Positions 36,616 to 46,180 of a stretch of DNA of 64,000 nucleotides are shown here, one piece after another. Where the stretch lies: assembly GCA_963676835.2 (NCBI GenBank), contig CAXXFF010000002.1, positions 256,001 to 320,000 of the forward strand, given 5' to 3'. How positions within the stretch are numbered: the stretch's first letter is position 1; each line of letters opens with the position of its first letter. The stretch is from Marispirochaeta sp. (GTDB lineage Bacteria; Spirochaetota; Spirochaetia; JC444; Marispirochaetaceae). The notes under the pieces were generated by a model. The model had not been told where the DNA came from and made no database searches. It was given only the letters and a program-made list of their open reading frames with translations. Made by a program: the position numbers and the translations under genes.

Positions 36616-36679
36616 AGATCTCTCTTACCAGGCTGAAGCTCTCATAAAATCGACTATCTGTCTTTAACAGACATTTCTT

Positions 36680-36711
36680 ACCGTTCCTCTTCTGGAGGAG
36701 CGGTTTTTTTT
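36680..36711 (+). terminator. Rho-independent terminator after the metal ABC operon
   Basis: ACCGTTCCTC...GAGGAGCGGT stem with a G-U pair, followed by a T run. Confidence 0.85.
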
Positions 36712-36722
36712 GCAGAAAAATA

Positions 36723-36780
36723 TTGACAGATATGAAAAGTAGTACTAAATTCATATTGTACTAATTCATTAGTACAATAT
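36723..36780 (+). promoter_or_regulatory. Promoter TTGACA-17-TAAATT and perfect 13-2-13 YtrA-type operator at 36753-36780
   Basis: ATATTGTACTAAT-TC-ATTAGTACAATAT; the TGTACTA...TAGTACA core matches GntR/YtrA-subfamily operators. Confidence 0.88.
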
Positions 36781-36804
36781 GTGCCAAGGAGGCAGAACAG
36801 CACC

Positions 36805-37197
36805 ATGGCTCCCAAAAAAAACGACACCCTGCAGTTTAGTCTCGATCCGAAAAGCGGAGTACCATTCTACAAACAGATCATACTTCAGATAGAGATGGCC
36901 ATTGCTGATAACCGCCTGACCAGGGGCGATCAGCTACCCACGGTACGCAGTCTGGCAGTGGAGCTTCAGATCAATCCCAATACCGTGGCCCGGGCATACG
37001 GAGAGCTGGAAATCCGGGGCATAGTAACTACCCAGCAGGGAACCGGTACATTTATTGCCGACAAAGAGATTCAGCTGGACGATATAGAGCGGGAACGCAT
37101 CCTTGCAGAACTCACCCGCAGTTTTATAAGCCAGGCCGGATCGTATGGATTCAGCGTGGAAGATATTGCAGCTTACCTTCGGGAAATAAGCAGTTAA
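36805..37197 (+). CDS. GntR-family transcriptional regulator, YtrA subfamily
   Basis: PFYKQI, GDQLPTVRSLA..L.INPNTVARAY.ELE, G.GTFI; short C-terminal domain; start ATG 36805 after AGGAGG. Confidence 0.93.
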   Translation: MAPKKNDTLQFSLDPKSGVPFYKQIILQIEMAIADNRLTRGDQLPTVRSLAVELQINPNTVARAYGELEIRGIVTTQQGTGTFIADKEIQLDDIERERILAELTRSFISQAGSYGFSVEDIAAYLREISS

Positions 37198-37210
37198 GGA
37201 GGATCAGATA

Positions 37211-38295
37211 ATGAAACTGAATTTCAGCGGGGCGGATTTCTCCCGCATCAAGAACCAGCCGCGTAAAAAGTTTGTCAGGGACTTTCATTTTTCCACCTAT
37301 TCATTCCTGACTCTCTTTCTCTTCACCGGCTTGAGTGCCGCAAGCCTCATCCTCTCCTATTCATGGTTTTCTGCAGAAGGTCTTGCCGCTATCGGCATGG
37401 GCATGATTGTCGCAGGACTACTGATGGCGCTGCTCCCGGTATGGAGCGTCCAGGTTCTTGCATTAATTATCGCCTGGGGATTTATGGCCTCTTTCGGCGG
37501 CATAAGCTATACCCCGGCCTATATAATTTCCGGCACAGGCATCCTGTTGTCAGCTTCTGTTCAGCTGGTTTTTCACTGGGATAAGGTAATCATTCTCCGC
37601 TTCGGCCGTTTCCGCAAGGTAAAGGATGCAGGCATTGTCTTTCTGCTGCCCATTATCGACCGCATTGCCGATTTTGTGGATACCCGCATACGGGTAACCG
37701 ATTTCAGTGCCGAGCGCACCCTTACCCGGGATAATGTACCTGTCCATATCGACGCCCTCTGTTTCTGGATGATCTGGGATGCCGGCAAGGCAATTCTGGA
37801 AGTGGAAAACTACATCCAGGCGGTTACCCTTTCCGCCCAGACCGCCCTCCGTGATGCCATCGGCAAGAATGATCTATCAACCCTGCTTTCAGAAAGAGAG
37901 GAGGTGGGAAAGGAAATACAGCGTATCCTTGATGCCAAAACAAACCCCTGGGGAATAAGCATCTTTTCCGTGGAATTTACCGACATCATTATTCCAAAGG
38001 AACTTGAAGACGCCATGAGCCGTAAAGCCCAGGCGGAACGGGAACGGCAGGCCAGAATAATTCTGGGAACTGCAGAGGCAGAAGTGGCTTCAAAGTTTGA
38101 AGAAGCGGCAGAGCGTATAGAGACAATCCGGAAGCGCTGCAGCTGAGAGCCATGAACATGGTGTATGAAAGCATGAAACAGAACAAGAATTCCCTTATGC
38201 TGCTGCCGTCATCCGCCCTTGAATCAATGAACCTCGGGACAGCCCTGGGAGCCGCTGCATTCCAGAAGGAGGAAAAGAATGATCCAGGTAAATAA
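37211..38295 (+). pseudogene. SPFH/slipin (stomatin-like) protein with a single-base frameshift near 38116
   Basis: LRFGRF, TLTRDNVPV, AQTALRDAIG, AQAERERQAR. The conserved tail YRDNPEALQLRAMNMVYE...LPSSALESMNLG continues in the -1 frame to TAA 38293-38295. Confidence 0.85.
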
Positions 38296-38956
38296 TATCC
38301 AGAAAGACTACACCAGCGGAGAAACTACCGTACACGCCCTCCGGGGAGTCAGCCTTGAGATACAAGGCGGAGAGTTTCTCTCCATCGCCGGTCCTTCGGG
38401 ATCCGGAAAAACCACCCTCCTCAACATTATCGGCTGTATAGATTCCTCCGATGCAGGAGAAATAATTATTGACCATCAGCAGGTCTCATCCATGACCAAA
38501 AAAGAGCTGGCCCGGTTCAGAAGGCACAACCTCGGCTTTATCTTTCAGTCCTTCAATCTGATCCCGGTGCTTTCAGCCTATGAAAATGTCGCCTTCGCTT
38601 TGAATCTGCTGAACCTTAAAGAAGATGAAATCCGGGGCCGTACAATGCAGCTTTTGAAGGAAGTAGGTCTTGAAGGCATGGAAAGCCGCAGACCCGCCAG
38701 GCTCTCCGGCGGACAGCAGCAGAGAGTCGCCATTGCCCGGGCGCTGATAAAAAATCCCGGAATTATTCTGGCAGACGAACCTACGGCAAACCTCGACTCG
38801 GATACCGGCAAAGCCGTCCTTGAGCTTATGAAGGAGATGAACGAGAAACATAATACCACCTTTATTTTTTCAACCCACGACCCGATGGTAATGGATTTTG
38901 CAGACAGACTGGTACAGCTTCACGACGGCCGGGTAACTCAGGATTCAAGGAGGTGA
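38279..38956 (+). CDS. ABC transporter ATP-binding protein (LolD/MacB-like)
   Basis: GPSGSGKTT, GFIFQSFNLI, LSGGQQQRVAIARAL, ADEPTANLD. Confidence 0.93.
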   Translation: MIQVNNIQKDYTSGETTVHALRGVSLEIQGGEFLSIAGPSGSGKTTLLNIIGCIDSSDAGEIIIDHQQVSSMTKKELARFRRHNLGFIFQSFNLIPVLSAYENVAFALNLLNLKEDEIRGRTMQLLKEVGLEGMESRRPARLSGGQQQRVAIARALIKNPGIILADEPTANLDSDTGKAVLELMKEMNEKHNTTFIFSTHDPMVMDFADRLVQLHDGRVTQDSRR

Positions 38957-38959
38957 TGT

Positions 38960-40213
38960 ATGAAATTCCTCCTTTCCCTGGCATTTAAAAATCTTACCCG
39001 GTATACAAAAAGAACGGTTATTACCGCGTCAGCCATAGCCTTCGGCCTTGGCCTGTTTATCTTTATGGACAGCTGGCTTAAGGGAATGGAACGGGACTCG
39101 GAGATAAACCTGATTAACTACGAAACCGGATCAGCACAGATAATGGACCCCGGCTACCTTGACGAAAGAGATACCCTGCCCCTTAAGTACACCGTGGAGA
39201 ATAGCGCAGAACTTGCCGTTTTACTTAAAAATCAGGGATATAACACTGCCCCCCGGATTCACTTCACCGCCGAGCTTTTTGTAAGGGAAGACCCTTACCC
39301 GGAAGACGGTTCACTCTTTGTCACCGCCGTGGCAATAGATCCGGAAAGGGACGATTCGGTCTTCAAAATGAACGAGACCCTCACAAGCGGCCGCTACCTC
39401 AAACCCGATGATAACGGCGTATTAATCGGAGAGTGGCTTGCCAGCGACCTGGGAGCAGAAATCGGCTACCCCATAACCCTGAAAACCCGCACCAGAAACG
39501 GTGCCTACGAGACAATGGACCTTGAAGTTACGGGAATCCTTAACGTACCGAACCCGCTCCTTAATAAAGGCACCGTTTTTCTGCCCCTGAGCCTGGCCGA
39601 TTACTATCTGGACATGGGCGGCGAAGTTACAGAAATTGCAGTGAATTTCAGTCTGAGCAGGAACCCCGACACTGAGGCGGCAAAAATCGAAGAAATGCTG
39701 AACAGTAAGGGAATAGACATGAAAGTCCATTCCTGGCGGGATCTTGCCAGAGATTATGTTGCAATAGCCTCAATGAAATCCGGAGGCTCCAGGGTCATAC
39801 TCTTTCTGGTTATTGTTATAGCCATGGTGGGAATATCAAATACCATGCTCATGGCGGTCTTCGAACGGGTCCGGGAACTGGGAATGATGCGGGCTATGGG
39901 AATGTCCTCCGGTCAGATCCGGCTGGCATTTCTCTTTGAGGCCGGGGGAATCGGTCTTATCGGCTCCATAATCGGGGTACTCTTCGGATGTCTGATCAAC
40001 TGGCCTTTTGTAGTATGGGGATGGGATCTGACAGATTTGATCCAGCAGATGGACATAGGCTACCGCATATCCGGGGCTTTCCGCAGCATGTGGCGGGTCC
40101 AGACAATCATTCAGTCCTTCTTTGCAGGGATAATCATTGCCATGGCAGTGGCTCTTGTACCGATACGGCGGGCACTTAAAATGCAGATAACCGAGTGCCT
40201 GAGAGACGAATAG
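38960..40213 (+). CDS. ABC transporter permease (FtsX/LolE-like)
   Basis: N-terminal TM, large periplasmic domain, NTMLMAVFERVRELGMMRAMG. Confidence 0.92.
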   Translation: MKFLLSLAFKNLTRYTKRTVITASAIAFGLGLFIFMDSWLKGMERDSEINLINYETGSAQIMDPGYLDERDTLPLKYTVENSAELAVLLKNQGYNTAPRIHFTAELFVREDPYPEDGSLFVTAVAIDPERDDSVFKMNETLTSGRYLKPDDNGVLIGEWLASDLGAEIGYPITLKTRTRNGAYETMDLEVTGILNVPNPLLNKGTVFLPLSLADYYLDMGGEVTEIAVNFSLSRNPDTEAAKIEEMLNSKGIDMKVHSWRDLARDYVAIASMKSGGSRVILFLVIVIAMVGISNTMLMAVFERVRELGMMRAMGMSSGQIRLAFLFEAGGIGLIGSIIGVLFGCLINWPFVVWGWDLTDLIQQMDIGYRISGAFRSMWRVQTIIQSFFAGIIIAMAVALVPIRRALKMQITECLRDE

Positions 40214-40223
40214 GGAGGACCGT

Positions 40224-41468
40224 ATGAAACTTTCCCATATAGCTTTCAGAAATATCAGCCGCAACCGCCGCCGCAGTCTTCTCTGCATGGCCGCCATAAG
40301 CCTTGCTGCCATGACAATCGTTCTGATGTTCAGCATGATTACCGGAATGCGGGCCGACCTCAAATGGAATGTTCAGGCCTATTTCACCGGACAGATCCGT
40401 ATTCGCCACAGCGAGTACGATGATAAGGAGCTTTTAAACCCGCTGCACCTGCGTCTGCAGAGCTGGCAGACCATTATAGACGATGTAAACCTTCTGGAAC
40501 CCCGGCCCGAGACCGCGGCGCGGATACCCTTTCCGGCAATACTGGATCCGCCTACTGTTGCCAATCCGCAGGGAGAAAATCTTACCGCCATGGGTACCGG
40601 CGTTGAATTCAGCACTGAAAAGGAGTTTCAGAACCTTAGCGATTATCTCCGCCAGGGGAGGCTGCCCGAAGCAGGTAAATCCGAAATTCTTCTGGGAAGC
40701 GGCCTTGCTGAGAAACTGGGAAAAAAGGTTGGAGAAAGTATTACAATACTTACCACCACTATGCGCAGAGGACCGAACGCAGCTACCTTCACCATCACCG
40801 GACTGGCTGATTTCAGAATTGCCGCCATGCAGCAAAGCTACTTCTACATTCCTCTGGACCGCGCCCAGCACATCCTGAAAATGGGCGACTCCGTAACCGA
40901 GATTCTTATTAAATTTGATTCTTCAGTCAGTGACACAGAGGCCAAAAAGATGGTCAGCTCTGTTCTTACAGAAAATGACAACGCCTCCGTCCGGGACTGG
41001 CGGGAACTCAACATGATGGTGGGCTGGATCGATTTTGCCCAGATAATGTACGACTTTATGGCGCTGATCTTCTTCATCCTCGCCTCCACAGTTATCATCA
41101 ACTCAATTATGATGATTATCTACGAGCGGATGCGGGAAATCGGCACCATCGCCGCCATGGGCATGCAGGGGAGCGAGATCGTGCGCCTCTTTTTCCTGGA
41201 AGCCCTCTTCCTTGCCGTTTTAGGCACTGCCGCCGGTGTTCTTGTCGGAACAGGTCTCACCATGCTGTTAAGCATTACCGGAATAGACTTTTCCTCAGGG
41301 ATGCAGGGAGTCGATTTTGATATAAGCAGCATCATATATCCGGTACTTAACCTGCGTTCCACCCTTGTTGTGTTCATCTATTCCGTAGCAGTGGCATCTG
41401 TATCAAGTCTTGTACCGACCCTCAGGGCGGCAAAAATTGAGCCCGTAGAGGCTCTGCGTCATACATAA
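40224..41468 (+). CDS. ABC transporter permease (FtsX/LolE-like)
   Basis: RNRRRS, NSIMMIIYERMREIGTIAAMG, AAKIEPVEALR. Confidence 0.92.
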   Translation: MKLSHIAFRNISRNRRRSLLCMAAISLAAMTIVLMFSMITGMRADLKWNVQAYFTGQIRIRHSEYDDKELLNPLHLRLQSWQTIIDDVNLLEPRPETAARIPFPAILDPPTVANPQGENLTAMGTGVEFSTEKEFQNLSDYLRQGRLPEAGKSEILLGSGLAEKLGKKVGESITILTTTMRRGPNAATFTITGLADFRIAAMQQSYFYIPLDRAQHILKMGDSVTEILIKFDSSVSDTEAKKMVSSVLTENDNASVRDWRELNMMVGWIDFAQIMYDFMALIFFILASTVIINSIMMIIYERMREIGTIAAMGMQGSEIVRLFFLEALFLAVLGTAAGVLVGTGLTMLLSITGIDFSSGMQGVDFDISSIIYPVLNLRSTLVVFIYSVAVASVSSLVPTLRAAKIEPVEALRHT

Positions 41469-41489
41469 TCCCGGACCAAGGAGTTTACC

Positions 41490-42263
41490 ATGAGACAGTG
41501 GTCAAAAACAGTAAGAATACCGACCTTCTTTTTGCTTTTCTGTATCTTTCTTTTTCCATTCTCAAATGCCGTATCTTCTCTCTCAGCACAAACGGCGGAG
41601 GAAATAATAGAGAGAATGGAAGACAATCAGATTTCCGATTCTTCCTTTTCCCGGGGCAGAATGATAACAACCGACAAATACGGAACAATTACCCGGACTT
41701 TCGTCTCCTGGTCCAAAGGCAGTGAAGATGCCCTTATCGAGTTTACCAGCAAAGGAGAAGAGGGGCAGAAAATCCTGCGAACAGAAGATGAGATTTATCT
41801 CTATTTTCCCGATGCCGAGGATATTCTGCGTATCCAGGGCAGTGCCATGCGGGACTCTGTAATGGACTCCGATTTTTCCTATGAAGACATGACCGGAGAT
41901 AAGGGACTGCTTGCAGATTATACTGCTGAGCTGCTCCGGAAAGAGGAAGTCAACGGTCTGAACTGTTTTGTTGTCCATCTGACAGCAAAATCCCGGTCTG
42001 TTCCCTACTATGCTCAGAATATATGGGTCGATTCCCGGCGTTTTGTCGGAGTAAAGGCGGAAAAGTTTTCCCGCAGCGCTACTCTGCTGAAAGAGATGGA
42101 AGTGCTGGAGTGGAAAGATGAGGCAGGAATGCTTGTTCCTGTCCATATGGTTATGCGGGATGCCATGAAAAAGAACTCCTCCACGGAATTTATCCTGGAC
42201 GATCTGCAGCTGAATATCCCTCTGGATTCAAATATTTTCAGTCTGGATGAGCTTTCATGGTAA
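41490..42263 (+). CDS. Outer-membrane lipoprotein-sorting protein (LolA-like)
   Basis: Signal peptide; G.KILR, YLYFP, SVMDSDFSYEDM, F..DEL motifs. Confidence 0.85.
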   Translation: MRQWSKTVRIPTFFLLFCIFLFPFSNAVSSLSAQTAEEIIERMEDNQISDSSFSRGRMITTDKYGTITRTFVSWSKGSEDALIEFTSKGEEGQKILRTEDEIYLYFPDAEDILRIQGSAMRDSVMDSDFSYEDMTGDKGLLADYTAELLRKEEVNGLNCFVVHLTAKSRSVPYYAQNIWVDSRRFVGVKAEKFSRSATLLKEMEVLEWKDEAGMLVPVHMVMRDAMKKNSSTEFILDDLQLNIPLDSNIFSLDELSW

Positions 42264-43387
42264 CCCGCCGGGAGAATACCTCTGTCTTTTATTCAGCACT
42301 GTTCATACTGCTGATGCTTCCGGCGCTGAGCTTTGCAGACAGCACAACCACCATAGAGCTCACAAACCTCGCAGGAGCCGCCCGGGGAGAAGAGAATATT
42401 CCCGCAGTAACTGCAGCCTCGACCGCGGAGATAACATTCCGCTCCACGGGTAACAGTAATGTTAAAGCCCAGCTGAGTCTTGAAGCGGGAATTGCAGATT
42501 CCGCCCTGCTGGATATTTCCCGGGCCTTCATCAAGGCCCGCTTCCCCGCCTTCCGCCTTACCCTGGGAAAGACGCGACTCTCCTGGGGAGAAGGGTTTAT
42601 GTTCAATGCCGGAGATGTTCTCTTTGACAGCCTCTCTGCCGCGGTGGACCTGACAGGGGACGAAATCCGTACCGACGGATCATGGCTCGCCTCGGTTTAC
42701 CTGCCCCTGGGGCGCTTCAGCTTCCTGGAGACAGTACTGCTGCCGCCGGTGTTTGACCCCCTGGAATACCTGATAGACAGCCGGGTTGCAGCAGAAACAG
42801 GATCAGACATGCCGGAAATACCCGGCGGATACCGGACTTCCGCAGGTGCCCGGCTTGTTCTGCGCCCGGGAGGAATTAAAACAGAAACAGGCTATCTCTA
42901 TTCCGGCAGAACCGAAAGCCACCGGCCTTATGCAAGCCTTCAGGGGCATCTGCTGGCAGACTGGAACCTGTCTGCTTCAACAGATATGAGTATCTACGAA
43001 GCGGGAACCGATGGAGCAGATAACCTTGCTGTCAGCTTCGGTCTTTTCCACAGCGTTAAAACTTCACCGGCAGCAGCCCTTAACCTTCGCCTGGAGGGAG
43101 CGGTCAATCCCCTGGCGGATGAAAAAAACCTGTTGCTATATCCGGAAATAAGCTTCTCTCCGGATGACCGCCGGACCATTTTTCTCCGCAACATTTTTTC
43201 CATAGACGATACCTCATCTGTTCATATTGCAGGAATGACGTGGAATATCTATCAGGGATTCAAAATACTTGCTTATGGAGGAATCTGTTCAGGAGAAAAT
43301 GGTGATACTTTTTCGTGGGACAGCACTCTTAGCACATCTGCAGTACCGGGGTACTTTGTAAGTGCCGGATGTTCTTTCGTATTCTAA
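42257..43387 (+). CDS. Putative outer-membrane beta-barrel protein
   Basis: Signal peptide; GKTRLSWGEG..FN.GD; alternating beta pattern; terminal Phe. Confidence 0.6.
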   Translation: MVTRRENTSVFYSALFILLMLPALSFADSTTTIELTNLAGAARGEENIPAVTAASTAEITFRSTGNSNVKAQLSLEAGIADSALLDISRAFIKARFPAFRLTLGKTRLSWGEGFMFNAGDVLFDSLSAAVDLTGDEIRTDGSWLASVYLPLGRFSFLETVLLPPVFDPLEYLIDSRVAAETGSDMPEIPGGYRTSAGARLVLRPGGIKTETGYLYSGRTESHRPYASLQGHLLADWNLSASTDMSIYEAGTDGADNLAVSFGLFHSVKTSPAAALNLRLEGAVNPLADEKNLLLYPEISFSPDDRRTIFLRNIFSIDDTSSVHIAGMTWNIYQGFKILAYGGICSGENGDTFSWDSTLSTSAVPGYFVSAGCSFVF

Positions 43388-43412
43388 GCCGGAGCCCGAC
43401 CAGGCCCTGGCC

Positions 43413-44981
43413 TTACTGGGGCTTGGAGAAAAACTGCAGGAGCTGAATAAAGTAATAGATCTTTTTATACACCTCTGCAAGGATGGTGCGGATCTGGTTA
43501 TCCGAGGAGACTTCAATCTCTTTCCAGTTAAGAAGCAGCTCCCGGGGCTTGTTATCATAATCTTCAATAACAATCTTCAGTGTCTTGCCAACGGCAATCA
43601 GATTCTGGGCAGACACCTGCATCATGCGCATGGCATCATCATTTATCTTTTTGAGCTGTTCCCTTAGAGCTTTCATGGCATTCGGATCCCGGTCTGCCCG
43701 CTTGATCGCCGACCGCAGCGCATTACCCCGCTCCCCTTCATCCCCGAGGGAATCATCGAAAACAACCAGCTCCTCGGCAATGGTCATTACCGCGTGGAAC
43801 GCGTCTGAAAGCTGCTGGGACATAAGGTTTGTAGACCACTTTCCCCGGATAATCAGAAGATCAACAACTTCCCGAATGTCTTTTTTGAAGTAGTCCAGCA
43901 GAAATGCCTTGAGGTAATTGAGAGCAGCAACATGCATGTATCCAGCCATCATTTTCTTGGAAAACATCATGTTATTCTTTTCCGTATAATTTTTCATACG
44001 GGAAACCGCCACTGTTCCAAAAACATGTTTACAGAGCTTCTCAATCTTTCCGGTCCGCCGTTCCTTGAGAATCTTCTGCAGAGTCAGTTCCGTGCTGGTT
44101 TTTATCTTGGAGAGGTATTCTTCCACAATCTGATCATTGGGATAGGCTACCTTGTATTTAAAGTAGGGATTTTTATCAATATGCTGGATCATCAGCTCCA
44201 GAACTGTGCTTTTGCGTATTTCCCCAATATCCCTGAGAACCTTTTTCCACTTGCCGGGGTCTATTACCGGAGTCTCACGGTAAATCTGAAGAATGGAAAA
44301 CAGATCCTGCCAGGGCTGATTCTTCTCAAGCATCCCGGCAACTTCAAGAAAATCCTTGAGGTCATCGGAGATATACTCACCGTTTATCTGTTCAAATCTG
44401 GGGTTATAGACAAAATCATTTTCCGGAAGTCCGGAATCAAATTTCTTCAGAAGAAAATAGTAGTCATAATGAATAAACTGCAGAAAAATTGTCACCAGGT
44501 TATAGGTAAGATTTATCTGCTTTACCTTCTCAGCATTGAAGGCGGCATACAGGGAAACCATCAATTCCTTGAGCTTCTGAACCACCGCCTTGTGATCCAT
44601 TGAATCTGCAAGACTGCGAATCTCATCTTCGGTCATGGCATCTTTTATGGCCAGCTGTTCTTCGGTAAGACTCTCTTCAATAATGATCTGCTTCAGCACA
44701 TTGGATGAAGCAGCATGGTCCAGCATTATTCTGGCAGGGCCGACGGATGAATAGATTTCATGGAAAAATTTTGCCAGACCCGGAAGGGCCTCTCCGGTTT
44801 TGGGTTTATAGAATTTGAATTTCTGGCGGTTGAGCTGCTTGCCGATATCCTTCAAAAGCCGGCGTTTTTCTTTTTCAGGATCATCCCCGGAGAAAATAAA
44901 CGAAAGAATACGCTGAAAAAAATTCGGCGAGGAATCATCCTCAGATACTTTCTTTTCCGGAGTCAGATCTTCATCCTTCAT
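43413..44981 (-). CDS. DUF5312-like conserved spirochaete protein
   Basis: NFFQRI...D.EKEKRRLLK.I.K, YDYYFLLKKFD, LLLNWKE; start reassigned to ATG 44981 from promoter geometry. Confidence 0.72.
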   Translation of the reverse strand: MKDEDLTPEKKVSEDDSSPNFFQRILSFIFSGDDPEKEKRRLLKDIGKQLNRQKFKFYKPKTGEALPGLAKFFHEIYSSVGPARIMLDHAASSNVLKQIIIEESLTEEQLAIKDAMTEDEIRSLADSMDHKAVVQKLKELMVSLYAAFNAEKVKQINLTYNLVTIFLQFIHYDYYFLLKKFDSGLPENDFVYNPRFEQINGEYISDDLKDFLEVAGMLEKNQPWQDLFSILQIYRETPVIDPGKWKKVLRDIGEIRKSTVLELMIQHIDKNPYFKYKVAYPNDQIVEEYLSKIKTSTELTLQKILKERRTGKIEKLCKHVFGTVAVSRMKNYTEKNNMMFSKKMMAGYMHVAALNYLKAFLLDYFKKDIREVVDLLIIRGKWSTNLMSQQLSDAFHAVMTIAEELVVFDDSLGDEGERGNALRSAIKRADRDPNAMKALREQLKKINDDAMRMMQVSAQNLIAVGKTLKIVIEDYDNKPRELLLNWKEIEVSSDNQIRTILAEVYKKIYYFIQLLQFFSKPQ

Positions 44982-44988
44982 AGCCTGT

Positions 44989-45017
44989 ATGGTATGGTAA
45001 AACCAGAGCGCTGTCAA
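44989..45017 (-). promoter_or_regulatory. sigma70 promoter giving a leaderless transcript for the DUF5312-like gene
   Basis: TTGACA-17-TACCAT-7-ATG on the minus strand. Confidence 0.75.
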
Positions 45018-45047
45018 TCAAACAAGATTTCTGGATTCCACGTATAA

Positions 45048-46112
45048 ATGTCCAGACTGGATAGAGTTATCAACACAATTGGCAAAGAGATAGCACAGGG
45101 CATTCAAAATGCCGGCATCCATATTCCTCAAATACTGATTCTCAATGGCGGGATACCGGAAGCATCAGAAGAGTATCCGGTTGTGGTGTATATCGGCCTG
45201 ATTCCCCTGCCCGATCCTTCCTTGCCTCCCGGGGAAAAGGATACAGGAATTATCGCTCCCTTTGCCGCGGTCCACCACTACAGAATCATCAGCCGGTCTC
45301 TGCAGAGCCTGGTGAAACGACTATGCGCCGGAAGGGCTGAAAACAGCCCCCAAAAAAGGCAAAAGCAGGATTTTCGGGTTTTCAGCAATTCCCGCCTGCC
45401 GGAACGGTCCATGGCTGCCGCTGCGGGTATCGGTTGGGTCGGGAAAAACGGCCTTCTCATGAACCGCCGCTACGGCTCCTCTTTTATACTTGCAGGAATA
45501 CTGGTTTCCGGTGATACCGCCGCAGAAATAATCAGAGACACCCAGGGCAGCCCCGTTGTAAGCAGCCTCACCCCGCCGGAATCCATCTATGAGGAATGCA
45601 GAAGATGCAGCATCTGTATAGAGAGCTGCCCCACCGGAGCCATTCTGCCTGCGGGAGGAATCGATACCCGGCGCTGCCTCCAGGCCCTGGCCACCAGTCC
45701 GGAACCGCTTCCGGACTTTGCTGCAGAACAGTGGGGCCTGCGCATATACGGCTGCAGTATCTGTCAGCAGGTGTGTCCGGTCAACCGGGCACGAAGTTTC
45801 AAGGCACAGCCCCTTGCCAAAGACAGGGAGTTTTACGGCCTGATGAAACTGCTGGAGAAACTCACACCAACTCCCGACAGAAGCTGGGCCAGCATCCGGC
45901 TGAAAGAAATCTTTCCCGGAACAGCCCTCGAAGCGGGATGGGTACCGAAAGATGCGATTATCCGCAATATACTAACCGCTGCAGGCAACAGCGGCAACCG
46001 GAGCTACATACCTCTACTGGAAAAGATACGCAATCAGAGCCTGCCGCCGATGATTCAGGAAACACTGGAGCGCACAATAAAGTTCCTCCAAACCAGGTAC
46101 GGTGAAGAATAA
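45048..46112 (+). CDS. Epoxyqueuosine reductase (QueG)-like 4Fe-4S protein
   Basis: ER..AAAAGIGWVGKN, YGS, CxxCxxCxxxCP and GCSICQQVCP.N. Confidence 0.8.
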   Translation: MSRLDRVINTIGKEIAQGIQNAGIHIPQILILNGGIPEASEEYPVVVYIGLIPLPDPSLPPGEKDTGIIAPFAAVHHYRIISRSLQSLVKRLCAGRAENSPQKRQKQDFRVFSNSRLPERSMAAAAGIGWVGKNGLLMNRRYGSSFILAGILVSGDTAAEIIRDTQGSPVVSSLTPPESIYEECRRCSICIESCPTGAILPAGGIDTRRCLQALATSPEPLPDFAAEQWGLRIYGCSICQQVCPVNRARSFKAQPLAKDREFYGLMKLLEKLTPTPDRSWASIRLKEIFPGTALEAGWVPKDAIIRNILTAAGNSGNRSYIPLLEKIRNQSLPPMIQETLERTIKFLQTRYGEE

Positions 46113-46143
46113 GAATAAATATGCACGTTTTACCGTATATTTA

Positions 46144-46172
46144 TTGACAAAACAGGCTTTCCTGACTATATT
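46144..46172 (+). promoter_or_regulatory. sigma70 promoter, (near-)leaderless aminotransferase transcript
   Basis: TTGACA-17-TATATT-8-ATG, with no Shine-Dalgarno sequence. Confidence 0.75.
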
Positions 46173-46180
46173 ACCCCGCG

